A DNA stretch of 64,000 bases from a virus (IMGVR_UViG_3300032227_001172:1-64000), one strand, 5' to 3'. Shown: positions 17,400 through 27,169, counted from the first letter of the stretch. The notes: a model not told the origin generated them from the sequence alone. Translations and numbers: made by a program.

Positions 17400-17659
17400 T
17401 GAGCATTCAAAGAATAAATGAGTTTCCAGTAGCTAGTGGTTTAACTAGTGACGATATATTTTTAATTATGGACGATCCATCGGGATCTGCTTTAACAAAA
17501 AAAGTATCAGTATCTGTTCTTCATTCTGGCTTAGTTCAAAGTAACACTAGTTTAGTTAATAATTCTGTTCGTATCACAAACATGATTAGTATCTCTCAAA
17601 GTAATTATGATAATCTTGCTACAAAAGATCCTAATACCCTATATATAGTTAATGGCTAA
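17399..17659 (+). CDS. short tail-fibre adaptor-like protein
   Basis: N-terminal RINEFP..SGLTSDDIFLIMD docking-type motif; C-terminal ISQSNYDNLATKDPNTLYIV fibre motif. Confidence 0.6.
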   Translation: MSIQRINEFPVASGLTSDDIFLIMDDPSGSALTKKVSVSVLHSGLVQSNTSLVNNSVRITNMISISQSNYDNLATKDPNTLYIVNG

Positions 17660-17671
17660 GGATAAATTTGT

Positions 17672-18292
17672 ATGCCAACAGTAAATAGCGATATATTTCT
17701 AAGTAATTCTAACATAACTTCTATTAAACTAAGAAATAGAGATATTTCTAAAGCTTTTTTAGGAAATACTTTAGTCTTTGAAAGAACAGGTTTCGGCACT
17801 TCTGGTTTTCAGTGGATGAATATAGGTTCTGTTACCTCTAGTACTGCTTCTGGAATTGGTCAAAATAATATCACGGTTTCAATTACACAAACTGGTGGGG
17901 GTATGGATGCCCATGATGGCATGGTTGGTGGCACAACCTTTCCAGAAGCTTACGGAGTACCACTTAGTGGAACTCAAATTAAGAACACTCAAGCAGGCAT
18001 CTTCACTGCAACTTTCAGTCAATCGGTTAATGATGCATTGGTTGCATTTGCTAGTGTCGGTCAAGGAGGTGTTCCTGTTCCAGTACAAATATCTTCTCCC
18101 TTTACTCCTGTTTGGGGTACAAGTACAACATATCAAAATCCAGTAAATGCTACACAATATTCTCAGTTTACTGGAGAAGAAGGATATAATATAATTCGAA
18201 TAGATGGAGCTATAACTACTGTAACTTTTAATTATACTGTTAGTGAAAATTATTGCACAGTTTGCTTCGGATTTGTTGACCAAAATGCCTAA
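17672..18292 (+). CDS. tail fibre / receptor-binding-like protein
   Basis: N-terminal ITSIKL..DISKAFLGNTLVF module typical of fibre tips; beta-rich C-terminal domain. Confidence 0.55.
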   Translation: MPTVNSDIFLSNSNITSIKLRNRDISKAFLGNTLVFERTGFGTSGFQWMNIGSVTSSTASGIGQNNITVSITQTGGGMDAHDGMVGGTTFPEAYGVPLSGTQIKNTQAGIFTATFSQSVNDALVAFASVGQGGVPVPVQISSPFTPVWGTSTTYQNPVNATQYSQFTGEEGYNIIRIDGAITTVTFNYTVSENYCTVCFGFVDQNA

Positions 18293-18302
18293 TTGCAAAT
18301 TG

Positions 18303-18308
18303 GTGTAT
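18303..18308 (+). promoter_or_regulatory. GTGTAT motif
   Basis: Intergenic copy of the recurrent motif. Confidence 0.55.
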
Positions 18309-18349
18309 ATTATTGTAGTCATTACTACTATCTTTAATTGGAGTTTAAA

Positions 18350-18832
18350 ATGGTCAAATCTGGCTATAGAACCACAGAATTCTGGTTTACATTAGTTAGT
18401 TTTATTGTTAGTGGTTTGTTTCTCTTCGGCATTATTACAGATCCTAACGCTAAAGACGAATTAATAGAAGTAGTTTCTCATGCTGTAGAAAGCTGTGTTT
18501 TATTAGGTGGTCAAGCGATGATTTTATATAAGTATATTAATAGTCGTAAAGAACATAAAATTGCTTATGAAAAAACTAAACAAAAAGAAGCAGATCTAAT
18601 AAATAAAGAATTAGAAGATTATGTTGGGGTAGACAATTCGACGAATAAGATTAATATAAATAAAGCTAGTGTTGGCGATCTTATACAATTACCACATGTC
18701 GGACCTGTTATTGCTAAAAACATTGTTAACTATAGAAAAGAACAAAATTTTCAAGATATTACAGATATTCAACAGGTCGATGGCGTAGGTAAAGCAGTTT
18801 TCAAAGATATTAAACAATATATTATGGTGTGA
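18350..18832 (+). CDS. two-TM holin-like domain fused to a ComEA-type helix-hairpin-helix DNA-binding domain
   Basis: KSGYRTTEFW plus 2 hydrophobic helices; KININKAS..LIQLPHVGPVIAKNIVNYR...VDGVGKAVF. Confidence 0.8.
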   Translation: MVKSGYRTTEFWFTLVSFIVSGLFLFGIITDPNAKDELIEVVSHAVESCVLLGGQAMILYKYINSRKEHKIAYEKTKQKEADLINKELEDYVGVDNSTNKININKASVGDLIQLPHVGPVIAKNIVNYRKEQNFQDITDIQQVDGVGKAVFKDIKQYIMV

Positions 18833-18836
18833 AATT

Positions 18837-19310
18837 ATGACTGATATTAATACAAAAACTATTATTCGTCAAGAAATCGATAAAATAATTACAGAAATTA
18901 AAAATAGTACCCAAGAAGTAAAATCTTTTGCATTATCAGAAGTATGGAAAATTTTACAGCTATTGACTGCTGTGGTTATACAATTAATAGAAACTATTGG
19001 GAATGATCTAAGTAGTCCAGAAAAAAAATCTTTGGCTCTAGATATCATCGGTAGTTTTTATGATAAGGTTTTTATATATATAGATATTCCTTGGGTCCCA
19101 TCCGTCTTAGAACCAATCATCCATTCTCATGTTAAAAGCCTGCTAATGTTACTAGTGAGTTCTGGAATTGATGCGATGGTTACAACATTTAGACAAGTTG
19201 GAGTTTTTAAACCAAAAGAACCAATTAGCGCACAAGCCAATGTTGGCACAGAACGTAAGATTATAGTAGATTTTTTAAATGATTTTAATAAAATAGTGAG
19301 GAACCAATGA
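18837..19310 (+). CDS. helical hypothetical protein, probably membrane-associated
   Basis: EKKSLALD..DIPWVPSVLE motif; amphipathic helices. Confidence 0.65.
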   Translation: MTDINTKTIIRQEIDKIITEIKNSTQEVKSFALSEVWKILQLLTAVVIQLIETIGNDLSSPEKKSLALDIIGSFYDKVFIYIDIPWVPSVLEPIIHSHVKSLLMLLVSSGIDAMVTTFRQVGVFKPKEPISAQANVGTERKIIVDFLNDFNKIVRNQ

Positions 19311-19675
19311 ATTTTACAGAGAGCTTTAGTGATTTTAGTAATAAATTAGGCCCAATGGATTTGGCTTTATATGCTGGTGTAGGCATAGTATTATGGGTTT
19401 TATTTAAGGATAAACTAAGCCCTGTTCAACAAATGATTCTTGATCTAGTAAACAAGACCAAAAACACTGTTAGTGTTCCGGTTATTCAACCAACAACGAA
19501 TTTTACAGAAACTAAAAAGTCTAAAGATTTATTTTTTGATTTAGTAGTTTCATGGAAGCAAACCAGAGATCTGGCCGTACAAAGCGGATGTCAAAAGGCA
19601 GTTGAGGTAGCTGATCAAATGTTTCCATATTTAAGTCCAGAAATTTGTAAGGATAAGGAGAAATCTAATGCATAA
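19307..19675 (+). CDS. single-TM hypothetical protein
   Basis: LALYAGVGIVLWVLF TM segment. Confidence 0.7.
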   Translation: MNFTESFSDFSNKLGPMDLALYAGVGIVLWVLFKDKLSPVQQMILDLVNKTKNTVSVPVIQPTTNFTETKKSKDLFFDLVVSWKQTRDLAVQSGCQKAVEVADQMFPYLSPEICKDKEKSNA

Positions 19676-20168
19676 TAAGATATGGCTAGCTCTAGGAGTA
19701 TTATTATTAGTTATTGGTTTATTTAAGCCAAATTTTGAATTGTTTCGATCAGTATCAAAACCTAATAATTCTGTTGAATGTTATGTCACAGATGCTCCTG
19801 CTGATACTGAGTTACTAAAAGAAGCACAAGATATTACAAAAATTTTATTAAATTCTTCTGACTCTACTAGAAAGTCTGATAGTTTGAAATTATCTTCATT
19901 ATATTGCGACATGTCTACTCTCATTTCTTTAGATGGAGAAGATCAAGTAATTAAAGATACAGCAGCTATTCGTTCTGCTAATAGTTTAGCTGGAAAAATG
20001 TTAAAATTAAATATTAAAGATAAATATCCTGATTTAGCAACAGAATCAAAGGACTTAGTTATTAAAGCAATCGGCGACGATGATGTTGTATTAAGTACAG
20101 ACTTAAGACACAAAGCTGTCGATGCATTTAGAGCTTTAAGTTGGGCTTTTTATGAGGGTAGTAAATAA
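19668..20168 (+). CDS. N-terminally anchored helical protein
   Basis: IWLALGVLLLVIGLF anchor. Confidence 0.7.
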   Translation: MHNKIWLALGVLLLVIGLFKPNFELFRSVSKPNNSVECYVTDAPADTELLKEAQDITKILLNSSDSTRKSDSLKLSSLYCDMSTLISLDGEDQVIKDTAAIRSANSLAGKMLKLNIKDKYPDLATESKDLVIKAIGDDDVVLSTDLRHKAVDAFRALSWAFYEGSK

Positions 20169-21094
20169 TGGCAAAAATGACACCGGCTGAACTATATAAT
20201 GAATATCGTAAAGGTTTTAGTGGCTGTATTTGGGAACAGCACGTATTTGATAGATTGATGGAGACTAGTAAATATGCATACTTTGCAGATGGTGCTAAAC
20301 GCATTAAAAATAGTGGTAAAGGACAATTATCGACACCTTATAAATCTGTTCTCAAATTTGATAAGAACGCATACATAGAAAGACAAACTACTGGTGATTG
20401 TGTTAGTCATGGAACTCGTTCAGCTTGTGATATTAGTAGATCTATAGAAATTGATTTAAAAGGAGATAAAGAAAGTTGGATAGCTAGAGGAGCAACAGAA
20501 GCTATTTATGGTGCTAGAGGTCATGGTGGACAGGGTATGAGTTGTGCTAGAGCAGCTGATTTTGTTAGTAAAAATGGCGGTATATTAGTACGTAAAAATT
20601 ATCCTGGTATTGCCGACTTTAGTAAATATGATGGTAATTTAGGGGCTGGATGGGGAGCTAGGGGTTTACCGGATAAAGTTATTGATATTGCTAATGATCA
20701 TCAAATTAGAACAGTATCTCTTATATTAACAGTAGCAGAAGCTAGAGATGCTTTAGCTAATGGTTATGGTATAGCTGTATGTTCTAACTATGGTTTTAGT
20801 AATAAACGAGACAGTAAAGGATTTGCTAAACAGTCTGGTAGTTGGGCTCATTGTATGGCATGGACAGCATGTGATGATACCAATGGAGAACCTTCTTTTT
20901 TGGTTCAAAATAGCTGGGGCAAATGGAATGATGGTGGTCATCCAGAATGGGGACCGATACCAGACGGCTCTTTTTTAATTCATGCCGATGTAGCCGAGGG
21001 TATGTTAAAACAAAATGGCTCATATGCATTTAGTGATTTTAATGGTTTTCCTCCTCAAAAACTGCCAGACTATGGCTTCGAAGACTATTTATAA
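20168..21094 (+). CDS. papain-like (C1) cysteine peptidase
   Basis: QTTGDCVSHG (oxyanion Gln and catalytic Cys), WAHCM (His), VQNSWG (Asn). Confidence 0.85.
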   Translation: MAKMTPAELYNEYRKGFSGCIWEQHVFDRLMETSKYAYFADGAKRIKNSGKGQLSTPYKSVLKFDKNAYIERQTTGDCVSHGTRSACDISRSIEIDLKGDKESWIARGATEAIYGARGHGGQGMSCARAADFVSKNGGILVRKNYPGIADFSKYDGNLGAGWGARGLPDKVIDIANDHQIRTVSLILTVAEARDALANGYGIAVCSNYGFSNKRDSKGFAKQSGSWAHCMAWTACDDTNGEPSFLVQNSWGKWNDGGHPEWGPIPDGSFLIHADVAEGMLKQNGSYAFSDFNGFPPQKLPDYGFEDYL

Positions 21095-21099
21095 AACAG

Positions 21100-21105
21100 G
21101 TGTAT
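21100..21105 (+). promoter_or_regulatory. GTGTAT motif
   Basis: Intergenic copy of the recurrent motif. Confidence 0.55.
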
Positions 21106-21147
21106 ATAATTAATATTAACAAGGTAGATTTCTAAGAAAGGATAATT

Positions 21148-21939
21148 ATGGCAGATCGTAAGATATCAGAACTTGCCGAAGCTTCAAGTGTTGCCAACGG
21201 CGACCTAATGGTTGTAGTCACTGGGGTGGGTGTAGCTGGCTCCACACTAACAACCAATAAATTTCCTCTTTCTGGTTTAGTTAACAATGTTATTAATATT
21301 AATGAACTTATTACTGCCAAGACAGGAATTCATATTGTTCCAACTATTAGCGCAACTCTGCCAAACAAAGTAGAGTTAAATGTAAGTGGCTATGCATATA
21401 CTTCCCACACTCATACAGCTTCTCAAATTACAAATTTTAGTGCTGCTGTTAGCGGAGAAGTTCAACAAATTATTAAGTTTCAAACAACAGATTTACCATG
21501 TACTGGTAAAATCCTTGTAGAAAGCTCTGATCTAACTATACCTTTAGCTGCTAATAGTAAATATTTGTGTCAATTAGGAACAATATTAACTAGTAATGAG
21601 GATGTCGCATTAAGCGGATTTGTAGAAATTACTGGAACACAAGGAGTAAATTATCCTACTAAATTCTATGGAACATGGAGTCATCTCGACGTAGATAATC
21701 AAGGGCATGGCTTTGTACATACTGATAGCTCTCCAATTACAGGCTATGGATTACTTTTAGATGGAATGGATAGTAGTGTTTTTGACAGATCATTTTCTGT
21801 AATTAATCAATTTGTTGTAGAGACAACTAATAATGAAGCCGATACCATCACTATAGGTATAGCTACTGATAGTACAAATCAAGCTACTAGCGGCGTACTT
21901 AAGAAAGGTAGCTGGTTAAAGGCTGAAAAAATTATTTAG
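21148..21939 (+). CDS. tail fibre-like structural protein
   Basis: N-terminal RKISELAEA..NGDLMVVV; HTHTASQITNF fibre repeat; C-terminal KKGSWLKAEKI. Confidence 0.7.
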   Translation: MADRKISELAEASSVANGDLMVVVTGVGVAGSTLTTNKFPLSGLVNNVININELITAKTGIHIVPTISATLPNKVELNVSGYAYTSHTHTASQITNFSAAVSGEVQQIIKFQTTDLPCTGKILVESSDLTIPLAANSKYLCQLGTILTSNEDVALSGFVEITGTQGVNYPTKFYGTWSHLDVDNQGHGFVHTDSSPITGYGLLLDGMDSSVFDRSFSVINQFVVETTNNEADTITIGIATDSTNQATSGVLKKGSWLKAEKII

Positions 21940-21949
21940 GCACTAATCT

Positions 21950-23467
21950 ATGGCTGATAGTACTATATCACAATTACCACTATCGCCATATGTCTTAGAT
22001 AAAGACTATATTGTAGTAGTTACGGGCCATCTACAAGAAGGATCATATCCTAGAAATGTTAAGGTTCCACTAGCATATATACGCAAATATATTGTTAGAT
22101 TAAATCTATTAACTAATCCAGTATCTGGAATTGATAGTTACTATAATAGTGGCTTAAATATTCTTAGTATATGGAACACCGGAATACATGCTATCCCTGG
22201 TAATAATGTAGAAATACAGTTTTCACAAAATACTCCAGCTGGTGGCAAATATGGAGGTACTGGTCCTATTTGTCATAGTGGCATTATTTCAACAACAGGT
22301 TTGAATAGTGTCGCTGAAAACTTAATAGTTGTGGGTCATAAGAACTATTGGCCATATAGTGGTATTATTTATAGTACAGGACTTAATGCTAAAGCTGGTA
22401 ATAATATAGAAATTAATTTTAATAGTAATAGTGCTGCACATAATCAGTATGGTGGTACTGGAGGTAAATATTCAAGTGGCATAATTTCTGTGACTGGATC
22501 CAATATTATTGATGGTAAAGGTATAGGCTACACAATTAATACTGAGTGGCCTCATCAATATACTTTATTTAATACAGAAAAAATTAAATACGCTTCTTCA
22601 GCTGTAACTATTACCAATAGTGATACTGGTCCTAATTCTACTACTAGTGGATATAATTTAATTACTTTGAATTATAATGATTTTTATCAATCTAAAACTA
22701 ATGAATCATTATCTTTGATTGGTACGGCTATTTTTAAAATTTCTAATATTACATTTGGTGATAGACCTTATGTTCCCGGACAAGGATCATTAAATACACA
22801 GAAATTACAAGAGCTATTACCATTAAGTGGAACCACACACAATTACAATTATATCAGTTGTGATGCAACAATTTGTGGTGGTGATACTTCAGTTTTTAAT
22901 CAAACTACACAATTTACAAATATCACATGGAATGAAAGTCATTTAGCTAATTTTGTTTCTGATAACAATTATGATTATATCATAGATAGTTTTGTATTAA
23001 ATATAGGTATTAGTGGTGGCAATAGCAATTCTTTAATTACTAATATATGTTCGTATCCAATTACATTTAAAAATACTAATTCTGGTGACAATAGACCATA
23101 TTATAATGCTAATCATTGCAACGAAACATATCGTTCTAATTATTATCCGTATTCTGTTGGCGCTATAGATCCAATGACAATTATGGCCAAAGTTGATCTA
23201 ACTCTTAATTCTTCTGGTATCAATGATTTTAATTCTTTAGCACTATGTGCATATATTACCAATGTTCGATGCTCTAGGATATATACCAATAGTGTTGACC
23301 TACAACCCAACACTTATTGTAATATAGTTTCTTCCGTTTGTCCTGGTTATTACACTAGTTTAGGTACAACAACACCAAATACGGCTACATATATTTCAAC
23401 AAGATGTTTTTCTAATACTTCAGCTACGATAGATGTTAAATTTATTAAGGGTGAAAATATCATATAG
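21950..23467 (+). CDS. tail fibre-like structural protein with internal repeats
   Basis: N-terminal STISQLP..DKDYIVVV; repeated GNNxEIxF...YGGTG...SGIISxTG units. Confidence 0.65.
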   Translation: MADSTISQLPLSPYVLDKDYIVVVTGHLQEGSYPRNVKVPLAYIRKYIVRLNLLTNPVSGIDSYYNSGLNILSIWNTGIHAIPGNNVEIQFSQNTPAGGKYGGTGPICHSGIISTTGLNSVAENLIVVGHKNYWPYSGIIYSTGLNAKAGNNIEINFNSNSAAHNQYGGTGGKYSSGIISVTGSNIIDGKGIGYTINTEWPHQYTLFNTEKIKYASSAVTITNSDTGPNSTTSGYNLITLNYNDFYQSKTNESLSLIGTAIFKISNITFGDRPYVPGQGSLNTQKLQELLPLSGTTHNYNYISCDATICGGDTSVFNQTTQFTNITWNESHLANFVSDNNYDYIIDSFVLNIGISGGNSNSLITNICSYPITFKNTNSGDNRPYYNANHCNETYRSNYYPYSVGAIDPMTIMAKVDLTLNSSGINDFNSLALCAYITNVRCSRIYTNSVDLQPNTYCNIVSSVCPGYYTSLGTTTPNTATYISTRCFSNTSATIDVKFIKGENII

Positions 23468-23472
23468 TGTAT
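23467..23472 (+). promoter_or_regulatory. GTGTAT motif
   Basis: Copy at the gene junction. Confidence 0.5.
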
Positions 23473-23497
23473 TATATTTATGGAGGTACCCATCAAT

Positions 23498-23674
23498 ATG
23501 AGATTTTTAGATAAAATAGCTTTAAATAGATTAATATCAATTATTACTGGTTTTATACTAAGCATAGTCAAAATATTACATTCGTCAAGAATTGATGATA
23601 CTATCGATATACCAACACCCAATATTAAGAAAAAAAGACCACTTAGAGATTTTATTAATAAGGTAATTAAATGA
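23498..23674 (+). CDS. small membrane-associated protein
   Basis: Start moved to ATG after GGAGG; hydrophobic helix and basic tail. Confidence 0.6.
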   Translation: MRFLDKIALNRLISIITGFILSIVKILHSSRIDDTIDIPTPNIKKKRPLRDFINKVIK

Positions 23675-23904
23675 ATAAAATACTATTTTATAGTCTTATA
23701 GCTTCAACAGCTATATTAATGTCATTACCAAAATATAGTACTACATCGGTAGTAACTATAGTTGGCGGAATAGTTGCGACCACACATAAAGATATTGAAG
23801 TTAAAAAACAGAAGAGAAAAGATTGTACAGTATGTAAGGGTAAGGGTTGGTATTTGAGCGGCGATGGCATAGCTAAAATTAATTGTCAATATTGTGAGCC
23901 ATAA
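23671..23904 (+). CDS. small exported/anchored protein with a DnaJ-type Zn finger
   Basis: Hydrophobic N-terminus; CTVCKGKG..GDG..CQYC. Confidence 0.7.
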   Translation: MNKILFYSLIASTAILMSLPKYSTTSVVTIVGGIVATTHKDIEVKKQKRKDCTVCKGKGWYLSGDGIAKINCQYCEP

Positions 23905-23908
23905 TTAT

Positions 23909-24268
23909 ATGAATGATCAACTTAAAGATTTATCAAATGAAATAATAGCAGAATCACTACCCAAAGATATGTATGGGAATCCATTAATTATTTTAATGGT
24001 TATCGGTATAATAGTAAACGCTATTAGAGTTATTCAAGAATGTAATAAGAACAATAAGGACTTAAAAAATATAACGGATCAAGTGCAAAATTTATGCAAT
24101 AAAAAAGGTTGGTTTACAAAAATGCGATTAAAAAAAATTATGCGTCAAACTATGAACAAAGATGAATATAAACAATATGCTCATAGTTTAGTAAATGGTA
24201 TCTTAATTAAAGGAGAAACAATCACGGAGGATAACATTTCTGTGTTACTGGAGGCCTCTAATGTTTAG
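23909..24268 (+). CDS. single-TM hypothetical protein
   Basis: PLIILMVIGIIVNAIRVIQEC; start moved to ATG 23909. Confidence 0.65.
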   Translation: MNDQLKDLSNEIIAESLPKDMYGNPLIILMVIGIIVNAIRVIQECNKNNKDLKNITDQVQNLCNKKGWFTKMRLKKIMRQTMNKDEYKQYAHSLVNGILIKGETITEDNISVLLEASNV

Positions 24269-24515
24269 TATATTAATATGGTGTGTTTATGGTATATTTG
24301 TTGGAGCTATAGCTAAAAGTATTGTTCCCGGCGAAGAAAATTTTGGTTTTATCAAAACTGTAGCTTTGGGTGTGGCTGGCTCTTATATGGGAGGTGCTGT
24401 ACTTTATTTATTAGGATCATATAATACCCTAGAGCCTTCTGGTATTTTTATGGGTATAGCAGGATCAATACTAACGCTAGTATTGTATAATAAACTCACG
24501 AATGAGAAGAAATAA
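24261..24515 (+). CDS. GlsB/YeaQ/YmgE (transglycosylase-associated) membrane protein
   Basis: GxxVGAIAKxIVPG..GFIxTxxLGVAGSxxGG pattern with 3 TM helices. Confidence 0.85.
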   Translation: MFSILIWCVYGIFVGAIAKSIVPGEENFGFIKTVALGVAGSYMGGAVLYLLGSYNTLEPSGIFMGIAGSILTLVLYNKLTNEKK

Positions 24516-25443
24516 AGTAGCTGTTGTTTTATGGCTATATCATACCGATCTTGCTAATGAATTTATTGACTTATTAGCTCCTCATCAAAAATATATAGAC
24601 ATATTTTTAGGATTATGTCATGACAATGCTAATACAGAAGCAGAGTCTTTATTTAAATACGTTTTTAAGGATAATCTGTATATAGAGTATCTGCCTAATG
24701 GCGGTACAGATATTTTACCTACGCTTAAATTATTAGAAAAATGTATAGATCATTATCCTATATTTTTTAAATTACATTCTAAATATAGTCCTTGGGGAGC
24801 ATTAAAACAAGTAAATTGGAGAGTCATATTATTAAACGATATACTGTATAAGAATAATTTTTCTACCACGATTAAGAATTTGCAAACATCGTCTGTTGGT
24901 ATTGTTGCTTCTAAGCCATTTATTATGAAAAATCATGAATATACAAATAGTCAAAATATTTTAGAATTATGTTCTATGTTGAATATTGACTATACTAAAC
25001 TAAATACTAAATCATTTATTGGAGGAAATATATTTGCTGCTAAAACCACACTTTTTAAACCTTTATTATATAATAATGCTGTATATCATAAACTATCTCA
25101 AGAGGTTGGAGCAATCAAGGATGACGACGGTGGTAAATATGTACATAGTATGGAAAGAATATTTGGTTATATGGCAGAGTATCATAATAAAAAAATAATA
25201 GGTGCTCCTTATCATAGTAATATAATTTTAAGCCCTAATCTTAAAAAACATAGACTACATCTAATAAAGCTTTATAATAAAGATTGTTATATACAAGAAA
25301 ATCCGAATGTGTATGGATCTATTATTAGTTTAGATAATAGTCATATGACAATACAATGGAAAAATACTGATCAGTATCAAATACAGTCTTATAAAAAACA
25401 TATTAAATATTTTGTGAATGTAAAATATTATGCTGACACCTAA
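24502..25443 (+). CDS. rhamnan synthesis protein F (RgpF)-like glycosyltransferase
   Basis: LYHTDL, PNGGTDILP, KLHSK, WR, FIGGNIF, HSMERIFG. Confidence 0.8.
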   Translation: MRRNKVAVVLWLYHTDLANEFIDLLAPHQKYIDIFLGLCHDNANTEAESLFKYVFKDNLYIEYLPNGGTDILPTLKLLEKCIDHYPIFFKLHSKYSPWGALKQVNWRVILLNDILYKNNFSTTIKNLQTSSVGIVASKPFIMKNHEYTNSQNILELCSMLNIDYTKLNTKSFIGGNIFAAKTTLFKPLLYNNAVYHKLSQEVGAIKDDDGGKYVHSMERIFGYMAEYHNKKIIGAPYHSNIILSPNLKKHRLHLIKLYNKDCYIQENPNVYGSIISLDNSHMTIQWKNTDQYQIQSYKKHIKYFVNVKYYADT

Positions 25444-27169
25444 AGAACTATATGAAGAATATTCAAAGAATCCCTGTACCTATTCTCATTCGTCTCCAAC
25501 ATATACACAACTAGACGCATCAGTCGATATCTTTAATCAGCTGTATGGCAATGCTATGGGTGCTGGTACGCCCATGAATTGGCTGCGTATTATTAATTTT
25601 TTTAAACAAGTGAAGTATCCTTGCATACAATCAGCGCCAGGATATAATGATATTCTTAATACTGGTAAAAATAAATTATCTCCAACATTTAAGTTTTTAC
25701 AACTTTTAGATGCAGAAGCATATGAAGAAGTTCAGCCAACAGTAAGAGCGGGAACATCTTATTCTGTTAGAAATTGTTGTGATTTAAGTAGAGCATGTTA
25801 TTTTACACACAATAAAACTACTAGTCGTTGGTTTAGTAGAATGGCTACCGAGTATTTGGAATATTATGGGTCTTCTTCTTTGCCTGATTGTTTATTTTTA
25901 TGTGGGCCTGATCTAGTGCATCCAATAGTGTCTGAATACTTTAGAGCGCCTGGATATAAAGTTAATGCCAGTGAGCCAATTCAGTATTCTGGGGCTGGGG
26001 ATCAGACTATACTAGATGATGCAGCAACTAATGATGCTGGTATGACTTGTTTTCCTACTGCTAATGGAGTGCCTGGAGCAAGTCATTTTTGTTATACTCC
26101 ACCCGAAAGCACTAATGCTATATGTACTAGTTGTAATGAGTGTCCGGCAGACCCAATATCTGGAGAAATTACAGACCCATCAAATCCTTGCTGCCATAGA
26201 GGAAGTATATATTACTTCAACCAATGTTGCAACACTGCAGATAAAGCTGTAAGCGATAGGCTTACTGATTGGTCTTTATGGATTAAGTCAGATGACGGCA
26301 GTTTTGATGGTACTATACTTAGAGGTAGATTGGGCGAAGTATTAAGACATGTTGGTATTTTAGAACGAAAAATTTATCATGGATATGCTAATTTCAGTAC
26401 CCAATGTTCTGGTCAAAATCCACCAATTACACTAGATGATTTATTTTTTCAATATTTTCAAACTATAAACGGATGGAATTATACTGAGCATAAACGATCT
26501 GATGACGGAGAAATACAAAGAGCCAGAACTATTTCATTGGTTTTAAAAGCATCAGTATTCAAAGCTTCTCCTAGCACAGATTCATTGTGGATGGTCGATC
26601 GTATAAAAGACTTATTGTATAATGGATATGGAGTAATGTTGTTAACAAATGTAGGTTTTAACAATCTTAAAGACTCAACTGGAGTGTCATATCCAGATAG
26701 AGTATTCTATCATACATATAATATTATTGGATATGATGATACTAAAATTGATTATGACGAGTGTGTATATGTGTTACAGTTACCTTTTGGTAAGTGGAAT
26801 AGCGGAGGTGATCCAACATGGGGTCCATTACCAGCAGGAAGTTTTTTAGTCACAGAAAGTCATTTACGTTGCTTGGTCAACTATTATCCAACAAGCGACT
26901 TTTATGGATGTAGACAAGAAATATGTATTAATAGTCCAATTAGAGATTGTTCTGATCCTACGATCATACGACAATTAGCCGGTTGTGGAGCTGGTTTAGA
27001 GGGTAGATGCGATCCTTATTATTGTACGCCTCAACAAAGAGCTTGCGGATTCGTATTCGCTGTATCACTATCAGAAGGTTTTCCTAAACAAGATTTAAAC
27101 TATGATCAATTTTATCCTATACAGCACTGGAAAGATAAGTTAAAAACTCAAACCCTGTATTATAAATAA
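25430..27169 (+). CDS. inactive papain-like paralogue with Cys-rich insertions
   Basis: Shares TPxELYxEY, GKxxLSxxxK, CDxSR, LxNGYG and GKWNxGGxPxWGPxPxGSFL with 20168..21094; catalytic Cys and Asn replaced. Confidence 0.75.
   Translation: MLTPKELYEEYSKNPCTYSHSSPTYTQLDASVDIFNQLYGNAMGAGTPMNWLRIINFFKQVKYPCIQSAPGYNDILNTGKNKLSPTFKFLQLLDAEAYEEVQPTVRAGTSYSVRNCCDLSRACYFTHNKTTSRWFSRMATEYLEYYGSSSLPDCLFLCGPDLVHPIVSEYFRAPGYKVNASEPIQYSGAGDQTILDDAATNDAGMTCFPTANGVPGASHFCYTPPESTNAICTSCNECPADPISGEITDPSNPCCHRGSIYYFNQCCNTADKAVSDRLTDWSLWIKSDDGSFDGTILRGRLGEVLRHVGILERKIYHGYANFSTQCSGQNPPITLDDLFFQYFQTINGWNYTEHKRSDDGEIQRARTISLVLKASVFKASPSTDSLWMVDRIKDLLYNGYGVMLLTNVGFNNLKDSTGVSYPDRVFYHTYNIIGYDDTKIDYDECVYVLQLPFGKWNSGGDPTWGPLPAGSFLVTESHLRCLVNYYPTSDFYGCRQEICINSPIRDCSDPTIIRQLAGCGAGLEGRCDPYYCTPQQRACGFVFAVSLSEGFPKQDLNYDQFYPIQHWKDKLKTQTLYYK

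Noticed and set aside
18650-18832. HhH domain as the missing RuvA domain II supplied in trans
   Set aside because: The sequence matches the ComEA-type HhH, is membrane-fused and lies 17 kb away in a different expression context
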